A stretch of DNA of 64,000 nt from an uncultured Phycisphaerales bacterium (lineage in GTDB: Bacteria; Planctomycetota; Phycisphaerae; Tepidisphaerales; Tepidisphaeraceae): positions 4,352,001 through 4,416,000 of the forward strand of contig CAVWLP010000002.1 in assembly GCA_963755915.1 (NCBI GenBank), given 5' to 3'. Made by a program: the position numbers and the translations under genes. Positions 51,052 to 61,159 of this stretch are shown here, piece by piece (the stretch's first letter is position 1; the number at the start of each line of letters is the position of its first letter). The notes beneath the pieces were generated by a model. The model worked only from the letters and a program-made list of their open reading frames with translations, did not search any database and was not told the origin of the DNA.

Positions 51052-53477
51052 TCACCGCAGCGCCAACTGCGAGTTCAGTTCCACTTGCGTCTTAAAGAGC
51101 TTCGCATACACGCCCCCCTCCTTGTCCACCAGTTCCCGGTGCGTCCCCTGCTCCACGATCTTGCCGCTTTCCAGCACCACCAGCCGGTCGGCGCTCGTCA
51201 ACGTGCTCAGCCGGTGCGCAATGGCAAACGTCGTGCGCCCCTCAACTAGACGGTTCAGCGCCTGCTGAATTTCCCGTTCCGTCTCCGTATCGACCGAGCT
51301 GGTCGCCTCATCCAGGATCAATATCCGCGGATTGTGCAGGATCGCCCGCGCGATGCTGATCCGCTGCCTCTCCCCGCCCGACAGGCTCTGCCCGCGCTCC
51401 CCCACGAGCGTGTCATATCCATCCGGAAATCCCACGATAAAATCATGCGCGTTGGCCGCCCGTGCTGCCGAGATCACCGCCTCCTCGCTCGCCTCCGCGT
51501 TCCCATAGCGGATATTGTCCGCGATCGTCCCGTGAAACAGGTACGGCTCCTGCAAGACCAGCCCAATTTGCCTCCTCAAAAACTTCACGTCAAAATCGCG
51601 AACGTCAATCCCATCGATCAAAATCTGCCCCTCCGTCACGTCATAAAACCGGCACAGCAAATTCACCAGCGTGCTCTTCCCGGCCCCGCTTTTTCCGCAC
51701 AGCCCGATCATCTGCCCCGGCTCCGCCGACATCGAAACCTCGCGCAGCGCCGGCTGCGCCCCCTCATAACTGAACGAAACATTCCGAAACTCAACCCGCC
51801 CCTCCAGCCGATCCTTCACCACCGCATCCGCCCGCGAATAAACGTCCGGCGGTGTATCCAGAATCTCGAAAATCCGCTGCGCACTCGTTGCCGCCCGCGT
51901 CACCATCCGGTTGCTGTTCGCCAGCTCCATGATCGGCTGATAGAACTGCCACACAAACTGCGTAAACGCGATCAGCACCCCCAGCGTATACCGCGGATCG
52001 TTCGGATGCTTGATCACCAGCCACCCCCCGATCACCCAGATCAGCAGCGCCCCAAACCGCATCAACCCGCTGACCCACGGCGCCAGCGCCGTCCAGACGA
52101 TGTGAATTTCGCTCGCCTTGTCGGTATATTCATTGCTCCGCCGATCAAACCGCCGGATTTCCTTCTGCTCATTGGCAAACGCCTTCACCACCCGCACGCC
52201 CGGCAGCGCATCCCCGACCACCGCGCTCATCCGCGAATAGTAGGTCCACAATCTTCCAAACATCCGCTGCATCTTCATGCCGCGCTTGTATGTGAGTACC
52301 CCCAGCACCGGCAGTGGCAGCAGCGCGATCGCCGCCAGCTCCCAGTTCATCTTGAACATCATCGCCGCGATTGCCGCGATCATTGCCACGTCGCGAATCA
52401 GATCGATCGATCCAAACACGATGAAATCCCACAGCCGGTCCGTGTCGCTGGTCACCCGCGTAATCAGCGACCCGGTCCTCCGCTTGGAAAAATAGCGCGG
52501 GCTCAGGTCGTGCAGATGCTCATACACCTTGTGCCGAAGATCGGCGGTGATCCTCTCCCCCATCAGCGCCAGCGTGCGCAGGCGAAGCGCGTTCAGCCAT
52601 TCGCTGACGACCACCACGATCAGCAGCGCCGACGACCACACCACCAGCTCGTGCACCCGATATCCGAGCGTCATCGCGGCCGCGCTGGCGTGCGCCGGCG
52701 CGATCGCCCGGTCCACCAGTTGCCGGTTCATCCACGCCGGTATTGCCGCCATTGCAGAAACCAGGATGGTCAGCACCAGCGCAAACCGCGTCCGCCACTT
52801 ATACGGCTTGGCCACATCCAGCAATCGCGACAAAATCTTCCGCTTCGCCGCGCACTGCGGGCACACCCCTTCGGCATACGATGGAATTAGCTCCCCGCAC
52901 TTCGGGCAATGCGCCTTTCGCTCCGCCTCCCGCTCAACCGCATCCAGCCACTCCGGCCTCCCCTCCGTCTTCTCCTTCGAATCGTCCGCCCGTCTGATCT
53001 GCCTCTGCAATTTCCGGTTCAGCCGCGTCATCGTCGTCCGATGCCGCCGCGAATACCGCAGTTCCCCCGCCGCCTTCCCCTCAGACACGATCACCAGCCG
53101 GTCCACCCCCAGCCCCTCCACAATCCGGCTCTCCTCGATCTTCTCCAAAGCAATCGACCGGCGCCTTCTCTCCCCCCACCGGACGCCCCTCTTTCCCCCT
53201 CTCCTGGTACTCCGGGAGAGGGTTGGGGTGAGGGCCGTGAATTCTCCTCATAGCCCACACCATCGCCCCCCACCCCAATCTGCACCAACTCCCGATCGGT
53301 GAGCACCACAAACTGCCGCGCAAACCGATTCCGAGAATCCAAATCGAACTCTGACCACCCCAAAATCGTCTGCCCCGCCAGCTCTCCATCCAGCCGCGCC
53401 GCCACCGCCGGCGGCAAGCCGCCCGTCCCCACCACTTCCATTTCCATCTCACTCGTTGTCCCCTGACTCATCGCCAT
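51052..53477 (-). CDS. ABC exporter (N-terminal accessory domain, Zn-knuckle, TM and ATPase domains) of the DUF1854-associated type; frameshift in a G-run near 53175
   Basis: CPKCG...CPQC, GKSGAGKST, LSGGERQR, ILDEATSS and IAHRLST motifs. Confidence 0.9.
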
Positions 53478-53481
53478 CTCC

Positions 53482-53520
53482 AAAAAAAAGCCACGCGGTC
53501 TTGATTCAAGGCCGCGTGGC
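53482..53520 (-). terminator. Intrinsic terminator (attenuator) immediately upstream of the ABC gene
   Basis: GCCACGCGGCCTTGA-A-TCAAGACCGCGTGGC followed by T8. Confidence 0.85.
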
Positions 53521-53546
53521 GGGAATTTCCAGTTCTATGGGCAGAT

Positions 53547-53648
53547 TCAGCCTCGATCCGCCTCCCGCCTGCGCACCGTAGCAACCATTTCCGAGCGGCT
53601 GCGCCGCCTGATGGTTACTGCAAAGTTGTGCGTCGAGTGGTTGAGCAT
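53547..53648 (-). CDS. Putative Arg-rich leader peptide MLNHSTHNFAVTIRRRSRSEMVATVRRREADRG (33 aa)
   Basis: AAGGAGGAG RBS upstream; stop codon 26 nt before the terminator; absent from the ORF track because it is short. Confidence 0.65.
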   Translation of the reverse strand: MLNHSTHNFAVTIRRRSRSEMVATVRRREADRG

Positions 53649-53678
53649 GTTACGGATATTTCTCCTCCTTGAGCCGGA

Positions 53679-53707
53679 ACAATGCCCGAACTCTCAGGCG
53701 TTGTCAA
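53679..53707 (-). promoter_or_regulatory. sigma70-type promoter of the leader/ABC operon
   Basis: TTGACA-N17-CATTGT. Confidence 0.6.
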
Positions 53708-53764
53708 CAACAATCTTCCCCAATTTTGCCCGGCAGCACCCATTTCGTTATCGTCTCCGCCCAC

Positions 53765-54373
53765 ATGCACCATTCTATTCCCTCTCTTCTCCGCCGGCTA
53801 CTTCTCCCCCTCGCCGCCCTACTCTGCACCGCCTGCGCCGCCACAGACTCCCCGCCCCAAATCACCACCCTCGAATCCCAGGTCACGACCATCCTCGCCC
53901 AGATCCAGCAGCAGGACCCCAACATCCAAGCCCAGATCGACCGCTCCTACGGCTTCGCCCTCTTCCCCTCCATCCTCAAAATCGCCGCCGGCGTCGACAT
54001 CGGCTACGGCCGCGGAATCGTCTTCCAGCACCACCGCCAGATCGGCGAAGCCTCCGTCCTCCAATACAACGTCGGCGCCGCCATCGGCGGTCAGCAATAC
54101 TGGCAGCTCATCCTCCTCCCCGAAAAAACCGACCTCGACGACCTCCGCGACGGCCCCACCCTCGCCGTCGGAAACGCCTCCGGAATCTTCATCCATTCCG
54201 GCTCGGGTTTAACTCTCGCCGTCCCCAGCGGGTCCGCCTCCATGGTCCAACCCACCTCCGGTCTCATGTTCGAAGTAGCCATCGGCGGCCAAACCTTCTG
54301 GTTCCAAAACCTGAAGCCAGGTGAATGGAACTACTCCGCTACCGTCTCCTCACCACTTCTTGCCCAACGATAA
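53765..54373 (+). CDS. YSC84-related lipoprotein
   Basis: Lipobox CTAC; GFALFPSILK...GYGRG; GAAIGGQQY; GLMFEVAIGGQTF. Confidence 0.75.
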   Translation: MHHSIPSLLRRLLLPLAALLCTACAATDSPPQITTLESQVTTILAQIQQQDPNIQAQIDRSYGFALFPSILKIAAGVDIGYGRGIVFQHHRQIGEASVLQYNVGAAIGGQQYWQLILLPEKTDLDDLRDGPTLAVGNASGIFIHSGSGLTLAVPSGSASMVQPTSGLMFEVAIGGQTFWFQNLKPGEWNYSATVSSPLLAQR

Positions 54374-54458
54374 CCGGCAAGTATTTCCCCCACCCACGGT
54401 AATCCGGGGGAGGGTTAGGGAGGGGGTTTTTCCGAATGACGTGTTAAATCCTCATCCC

Positions 54459-54506
54459 CTACTGCCCCACAATATCCTTCCTCGTCCCCTCAATGATCCC
54501 CATCAG
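54459..54506 (-). repeat. 48-bp displaced duplicate of the globin gene 3' end
   Basis: 46/48 identical to 54778-54825. Confidence 0.9.
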
Positions 54507-54563
54507 GATCGTAGGGTGGATGTACTCGCCCACCGATTCTCCACCGATCACCGATCACCGCCA

Positions 54564-54693
54564 CGACTCCCGTCCAACACCCCAAGGCCGTCCCGACCGT
54601 CACCAGGCCAGCCACGTGCTCCCGCGGCGGAACCGCCTGTTATATTCGAGCCCCCGCACCCTCTCGTCACCCAAACCATAACCGAAAATAATC
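54564..54693 (-). repeat. Dispersed 130-bp promoter/hairpin cassette, copy B
   Basis: Aligns with 38764-38894. Confidence 0.85.
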
Positions 54694-54777
54694 TTCCCAG
54701 TCTTCCCCCCGAACCAAACAAAAACCCATCATTTGCAGAAATAAGAATACCGCTAAAACTTGGATTTCAGAAAGCGA

Positions 54778-55233
54778 CTATTGCCCCACAATATCCTTCC
54801 TCGTCCCCTCAATAATCCCCATCAGTTCATTCGTCTCATTCACCCCCACCTGATATTTCTCCAGCGACCTCTTGAAGTCCTGCTCCGCAGCGTTGAACTG
54901 CGCATCGGTAATCTGCATCCCCGCATGCGCCGCCTTCATATCCTTCCCCTCATATTCCTGCGGCCCCCCCGCCGCCGCCTCGATGAACTCCACCAGATGC
55001 CCCCTCACCATCTCCACATTCTCCGGCGTCGCCTGCCACTCCGCGCTCGTCCCCGCCCGGGTAAAATTCACCCGCGGATCCCCCATCGCATTATTGATGA
55101 AATCATCCACAATCGCCGAAATCATCATCTCCCCCCCAACCCGATCATAAAGCGGCTCCGGCCGATTCAACGCGCACCCCTCCCCCACAATCGCCGCCGA
55201 CAAAACCGCCACCAGCACCCACGCTTTACCCAT
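54778..55233 (-). CDS. Group I truncated hemoglobin with N-terminal signal/lipobox
   Basis: LYDRVGG, IVDDF, GGPQEYEGKDMKAAHAGMQITDAQF motifs. Confidence 0.9.
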   Translation of the reverse strand: MGKAWVLVAVLSAAIVGEGCALNRPEPLYDRVGGEMMISAIVDDFINNAMGDPRVNFTRAGTSAEWQATPENVEMVRGHLVEFIEAAAGGPQEYEGKDMKAAHAGMQITDAQFNAAEQDFKRSLEKYQVGVNETNELMGIIEGTRKDIVGQ

Positions 55234-55322
55234 CCCATTCTCCCTTCTTTTTGCCCACGCCGATAGATACTCGCATCACCTCCTCACTTCAACCATTTCC
55301 AGGGTTCAAACAGATTTTGCCG

Positions 55323-55362
55323 CATTCTCATTCGGCATTCGGCATTCGGCGTTCGCCATTCG
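55323..55362. repeat. Tandem heptamer (CATTCGG)n
   Basis: CATTCT CATTCGG CATTCGG CATTCGG CGTTCGC CATTCG. Confidence 0.7.
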
Positions 55363-55378
55363 CCGCTACAATCCCCCC

Positions 55379-56605
55379 ATGGACCTCCCTCTCCTCACCC
55401 GCGACATCCCCGGCATCGGCGGCTCAATCAAGCAACGCCCCGAAGATTTCTTCGTCCAGGAAATCCCCCTCTACGAACCCTCCGGCCAGGGCGAGCACCT
55501 CTACTGCGAAATCGAAAAAATAAATCTCTCCACCTTCGACGCCGTCGACCGCCTCGCCCGCGCACTCAACATCCCCTCCCGCGAGATCGGCTACGCCGGC
55601 CTCAAAGACGCCGCCGCCATCACCCGACAGCTCTTCTCCCTTCCCGGTCTCGACGAATCCGCTGTCGCCAATCTCCATCTCCCCCAGATGACCGTCAAAT
55701 GGGCCGCCCGTCACGGCAACAAGCTCCGCCTCGGCCATCTCCGCGCCAATCGCTTCGCCATCAAAATCCGCCACGTCAATCCCACCGACGTCGTCAAGCT
55801 CACCCCCGTCATCCAAACCCTCCAACAGCGCGGCATGCCCAACTATTTCGGCGAGCAACGCTTCGGCCGCCGCCAAAACAACCACCTCCTCGGCGCCGCC
55901 CTTCTTCGCGGCGACGACTCCGAAGTCCTCAAACTCCTCCTCGGCTCCCCCGACAAATCTCTCGACAACCCCAAACAGCGTGCGGCGCGGGAAGCTTTCG
56001 ACGCCGGCGACCCCCGCGCCGCCATGAAACACTGGCCCCGCTCCAGCGGCATGGAACGCCGAATCCTCGCCCGTTTCATCAAAACCGAAAAACCCGCCGC
56101 CGCCGTCCGCGCCGTCGATCAGCGCGTCCGCCGCCTCTGGATCTCCGCCCTCCAGTCCGACCTCTTCAACCTCGTCGTCGCCAGCCGCATCGACTCCCTC
56201 GACAAGCTCCTCGCCGGCGACCTCGCCCAGAAGCACGAAAACGGCGCCGTCTTCCGCGTCATCGATCCCCAAACCGAGCAACCCCGCTGCGACACCTTCG
56301 AGATCAGCCCCACCGGCCCCCTCATCGGCTACCGCATAACCCTCCCCGAAGCAGAGCCTCTGCAAATCGAGCAGGAAATCTTCGCCTCCCGCCACATCCG
56401 CCCCCAGGATTTCCGCGCCGCCGGCCGCCTGAAAGTCAAGGGCCAGCGCCGACCCCTCCGCGTCAAGCCCGAAGATATAGAACTCTCCGCCGGCGTAGAC
56501 GATAACGGCCCCCACATCACCGCCGCCTTCACCCTCCCAGCCGGTTCTTTCGCTACAGTTTTCCTCCGCGAACTCATGAAAGTGGAACCCGATTCATCAA
56601 CCTAG
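55379..56605 (+). CDS. truD: tRNA pseudouridine(13) synthase
   Basis: PEDFFVQE, GYAGLKD, PNYFGEQRFG and FTLPAGSFAT motifs. Confidence 0.95.
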   Translation: MDLPLLTRDIPGIGGSIKQRPEDFFVQEIPLYEPSGQGEHLYCEIEKINLSTFDAVDRLARALNIPSREIGYAGLKDAAAITRQLFSLPGLDESAVANLHLPQMTVKWAARHGNKLRLGHLRANRFAIKIRHVNPTDVVKLTPVIQTLQQRGMPNYFGEQRFGRRQNNHLLGAALLRGDDSEVLKLLLGSPDKSLDNPKQRAAREAFDAGDPRAAMKHWPRSSGMERRILARFIKTEKPAAAVRAVDQRVRRLWISALQSDLFNLVVASRIDSLDKLLAGDLAQKHENGAVFRVIDPQTEQPRCDTFEISPTGPLIGYRITLPEAEPLQIEQEIFASRHIRPQDFRAAGRLKVKGQRRPLRVKPEDIELSAGVDDNGPHITAAFTLPAGSFATVFLRELMKVEPDSST

Positions 56606-56647
56606 CCGATTTTAACGTATGATTCCCGGTGAAAGGAGACTCCCCCA

Positions 56648-57168
56648 TGACCGCCACCGCAACCTCCACCATGAAGCCCGGCTCCCCCCTCGCTTACCTC
56701 TACCTCCACTTCATCAGCTTCGCCGAAAAATGGCGCTCTCCCTTCCTCCTCTTCATCCGCCTCTACATCGGCTACCAGTGCATCATCTCCGGCTGGGCCC
56801 ACATCCATAACCTCCAGGCCACCACCAAATTCTTCACCACCCTCCACATCCCCTTCCCCGAGCTCAGCGTCATCATGTCCGCCACCACCGAACTCTTCGG
56901 CGGCATCATCCTTATCGTCGGCTTCGGCTCCCGCCTCATCTCCCTCATCCTCACCGTCAACTTCTTCGTCGCCATGCTCACCGTTGAGCTTTCCCAATAC
57001 GCCTTCTCCTACAAACAGCTAGGCGCCCAAATCTGGAAAGACCAAACCCCCATTCTGAACGACACCGCCTTCCCCTTCCTCGCCACCACCATCATCATCC
57101 TCCTCTTCGGCCCCGGCTGGCTCTCCATCGACGGCCTCATCAAATTCGCCCGCGGCAAGAAAAAATAA
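56648..57168 (+). CDS. DoxX family membrane protein
   Basis: LFIRLYIG...SGW, TELFGG...GFGSR and GPGWLSID motifs; RBS AAAGGAG. Confidence 0.88.
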
Positions 57169-57200
57169 CCCCCTCTTTCCCCACCTGATACGAATTTGTA

Positions 57201-57390
57201 TTTCTTGGCGCTCTTCGCGTCTTGGCGGTTAAAACGGAGCCGCGGACGGCGACGGGCGGTACTCCGCGAAAGGTAGGCCGGAGGCCGATCAATTTTTTAA
57301 CCGCCCGCTTCGCTCAAGACGCCAAGAGCGCCAAGAAATTCAATTAAAAAAGCCCATTTTGATTTCCCTCCCCGTTCTCCGCGGTGAAAA
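57201..57390. repeat. REP mosaic: CTTGGCG 9-mer inverted pair enclosing a CGGGCGGTAC unit
   Basis: TTCTTGGCGCTCTTCGCGTCTTGGCGGTTAAAA...TTTTAACCGCC(CGCTTCGCT)CAAGACGCCAAGAGCGCCAAGAA. Confidence 0.85.
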
Positions 57391-57694
57391 AAACCAAAAA
57401 AAAATCCGCGCCATAGGTACAAAATACGTCCAAAACGTGCACCTTTGGCCCTGTATATAGAGGCACCACATGATGACAATCGCCCCAAACCCCCTTCAAC
57501 CCCGCGTCGCAATTCGCGAAAAAAAAACGTACACCCTCCGCCCCCGTTTTAAAAATATCCAAAGTGTCAACGGTAACGAAACCCCGCGCCGCAGCGCAGC
57601 GTCAACGCGTTTGCCACCACTAACATCTCATGATTTTCACCCCGCTAAATATGTTGACGCAATCGCGGAAACAGGGCGACTTGTGGATATTCGT

Positions 57695-60279
57695 TTAGTG
57701 GTTGAGCTCTGGCGATTTGAGCGCCGCCGCGAGGCTTTCGCTCGCCTCCTCGAACGTCGGATCCAACTCGACCGCCCTGCGATATTGCTCGATCGCACCA
57801 GGAAAATCCCCCTTCGCGCGGAGGATTTCTCCCAGCCCGTAGTTCGCCCGCCCGTGCCAGGAAGACTGCGACAGCACCAGTTGATATTCCGCCGTCGCCT
57901 CCGCGAATTTATGCTGGTCTCGGTAAACCTCCGCCAGCGCAAAGTGCGCCCGTGTGAAATCCGCCTGCAGCTCGATCGCCCGTTTGAATTCTCCAACCGC
58001 CTGGTCGACTTTCCCCTCCGCCTGGAATAACTGGCCCAGCCCGAAGTGCGTCAGCGCCTTGTTCGGATCGAGCTGAAGCGATTGCCAGAATTGCTCCGCC
58101 GCTTCGTCAAAACGCCCTTCCATCCACAATGCCTTCGCCAGGTTGTACCGAGCCGTCGCGTTGGTCGGCTGAAGGCGAATGATGTGCTCATACTCCAGAA
58201 TCGCCTGGGTGTGATTGCCTCTAAACCAGAACACCTTGCCGAGGAACCCATACGCCCAGGGGTAATCCGGATTGATTTTGACCGCCTCCTCGAACGCATC
58301 CACCGCGTCGTCCGTGTGGTCGGCGTATTGCAGGGCGATCCCCAGGTTTGCATAAACGATCGCCGTCCCCGGACGCAGCGCCAGGGCAGCCCGGAAATAT
58401 CCCACCGCTTCCTCGGGATCGCTTTTACGCAGCGCCCGGCCCAGCCAGAAGTTCGCCCAGAAATCGTCCGGATGCTGCCGCTGGATCGAGGTCAGCAGCG
58501 GCCGCGCGTCCCCCCCTGGCCTTCCAGCGAGACCGCCAGCGCCAGGAGCAAATGCACCGAGTTTTCGGTGCGGGGAACGCTTTGCACCAGCGCCGTCACT
58601 GCCGCCTTGTTGCTCCATTTTGCCGGGTCACGGGCGATATCTCGCCACGGGTCGGGGTCGGCCCGGCGCCACGTCCATCAGCCACGCCCGGCGGGTCTGA
58701 TTTTTCGCGCAACCCGACCAATCGTCCAGCGCCGCCACCAATTCCGCGCGAAACGGAGAAGCCGCGATCCTCGCCGCCACGATTTTCGGCGCGTCCCCGA
58801 CCGAACCCAGCCCCGAAACCCGGAACTCGTTCTCGTATCCCTGGTCGGCCTGGGCATTGCTCACCAGCCCATCAACCTCCGATGCCCGGTCCAGGCAGAT
58901 CGCGTCGAGCCGGTTAATAAGCTGGTGGCCCTGGCTCAATTGTTCCAGCAGAAGCAGTTGCTGCCGCAAAACATCCGGCCCACCCGCTCCGAGTTGAACC
59001 TTCACGCGCTCCAGCTTTGCATCGCCGCCCGACCAATCCGACTGAAGCTGGAGCTGTTTGACTTCGTTCAGCTCATCCGTCACTTCGCGCACGTTTTCGG
59101 CGCGCTGGGATGCGAGCACGAACCCGGCCGCCCCGATCAGCAGCGCCAGCAGAACCGCGCTCGCCGCCGCGGCCGCTTTCGCCGGTTGCCGCCGGGCCCA
59201 CAGGAACATTCGCTCGACAGCCCCCACCGGACGCGCGTGAATCGGCTGCGCCGCAAGGAACCGCCGAAGATCGGCCGACAAGTCGCCCGCCGTCCCGTAC
59301 CGCCGGGTAGGATCCTTGCTCAAACATTTGAGGCAGATCGTTTCCAGATCGCCGGGAACCTTGGCGTTCAACTTCGACGGAGCCGCCGGTTCGTTCTGCA
59401 TCACCTGCCGGCGCGTTTCGATGGACGTCACCGCCCGAAACGGCGGCCGCCCCGTCAGGAATTCGTACAGGATCGCCCCCAGCGAATAAATGTCCGTGGA
59501 CGCATCCAGCGCCCGGAGTTGCCGCCCGCTTGTTCCGGCGACATATAGCTCGGCGTCCCGACGGGCATGCCCACTTCGGTCAGCCCCGACTGGCCGTTCA
59601 TCTGCCGGGCCAGTCCGAAATCAGTCAGCTTCGGGATCCCATCCGCCGTCATCAGCACGTTGGCCGGTTTGATGTCGCGGTGAATGATTCCTTTTCCGTG
59701 GACCGCCCCGATCGCATCCGCGAGCGTTGCCGCCAGGCTCGCCGCCTGCCGCGCGTGCAGCGGAGCCCCCGTGAGTCGCTGCGCCAGGTTCCCGTCTTCC
59801 ACGTATTCCATCGTGAAATAGGCAACGTCGTTGTGATTGCCGATGTCGAACACCTGCACGATGTTCGGATGGCGTATGCCCGCAATCGCTTCCACTTCGC
59901 GGTGGAACCGTTCGAGCTGGTGAAGCTGGGCATATTCGCCCGAAAGGAGCATTTTCAGCGCCACCGGGCGATTGAGTCGCAGGTCCCAGGCTTTGTAGAC
60001 GACTCCTATGCCGCCGCGCCCGAGCACCGCCTGGAGTTCGTAACCGGGGATTCGCGGCAGATCGAAGGCCGATTGCCTCGCCCCCCCATCCGCATCCGGC
60101 CGCGTCGACCCGGCCGGTGGAAAGAGCAGGTTCACCCGCGCTTCCACGGCGCTCAAAACATTCAGTCGCTGGCGGACGACCGGAAGAAGCTGCGGGTAAT
60201 CGATGCAGACTTCCTCGGCCGCTCGATTTGATTCCAGGATCTGATCGACGAGCTGTTGGATGCTGGGATCGGGGGACAT
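57695..60279 (-). CDS. Serine/threonine protein kinase with TM segment and C-terminal TPRs (several frameshifts)
   Basis: LGRGGIGVVY, VALK, HRDIKPANV, DFGLAR, GTPSYM, DLETICLKCL motifs, then TPRs. Confidence 0.92.
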
Positions 60280-60302
60280 ACTTGGCTTACCAGCCGTCGC
60301 CG

Positions 60303-60923
60303 CTAACGCGCACCGGAGGAATCCTCATCAGGCTTAAGATCCCCCAGTTGTTCCGCCAGCAGTTGAAGGCTCCGATTCAGCCGGCGCTGGACTGTCTTTA
60401 CCGACACCCCAATCACACCAGCGACTTCGGCGTGAGTCAACCCCTGAATTCGCGCCAGTTCGAAAACTTCACGCTCGTCGTCCGGCAGTCGGCCGATCGC
60501 CTCCATGATCCGCGAATACTCAGGGGTGATGTCCCAGGGCGCATCCGTCTCGGCCGGAATGATGCTTTCATGCAGTTCCACCGAGCGGGGCTGCTTGTCC
60601 AGCCGGCGTACGAGGTCGTTCAGCTCCCAGAGAATGTGCTTGTTCGCAAGCGAAAAGAACTGCCGCACGTTTGTCGGACGAGCGACCCGCATGGCTTTGA
60701 GAACCCGCTCGATCACCGCCCCGAGCAATTCATCCGGCTGCAAATTCAGCGGCGGCTGCTGAAGCCGGGGATAATTGCGGTGCAGCAGATTTGTGCAGAG
60801 AAGTCGCAGGCGACGTATCGCCCGATCGAGCAGCGCACGCACGACCGGTTGAACCGGGGCATCTCCCGTGAGCTCGTTGAGGTAGCGCTGGACGGCGTCG
60901 GTAGTGCGCTCTTCGGCCATCAT
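60303..60923 (-). CDS. ECF sigma factor of the kinase-associated planctomycete type
   Basis: RLRLL...QPDELL...RQFFSLA...WELNDLVRR and LPDDEREVF...SVKTVQRR; directly upstream of the kinase. Confidence 0.88.
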   Translation of the reverse strand: MMAEERTTDAVQRYLNELTGDAPVQPVVRALLDRAIRRLRLLCTNLLHRNYPRLQQPPLNLQPDELLGAVIERVLKAMRVARPTNVRQFFSLANKHILWELNDLVRRLDKQPRSVELHESIIPAETDAPWDITPEYSRIMEAIGRLPDDEREVFELARIQGLTHAEVAGVIGVSVKTVQRRLNRSLQLLAEQLGDLKPDEDSSGAR

Positions 60924-61159
60924 GATGGCCCCCGTCGCTGTGACCCAATCATACCATAAACCTGCGATGTCCACCTGTTGCGCCTAGGACGTTGGAAGTC
61001 ATTGAACCTCCAAACATACGTGAACGCCCGGTCGGAATTAACACGTTGAAAGACAAGGCACTTATGCCAGTTGCTCTGGAAAATACGAATACGTGCCGCG
61101 AGAGGGAAACGGACTTCCATCTCGAAAGAAAGGAGATTTTTTTGGCGAGTGAACGCCCC

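Noticed and set aside
30550-56515. Many long antisense or off-frame ORFs rich in Pro/Arg or Gly/Val/Glu
   Set aside because: Shadow ORFs caused by high GC and codon skew, overlapping well-supported genes
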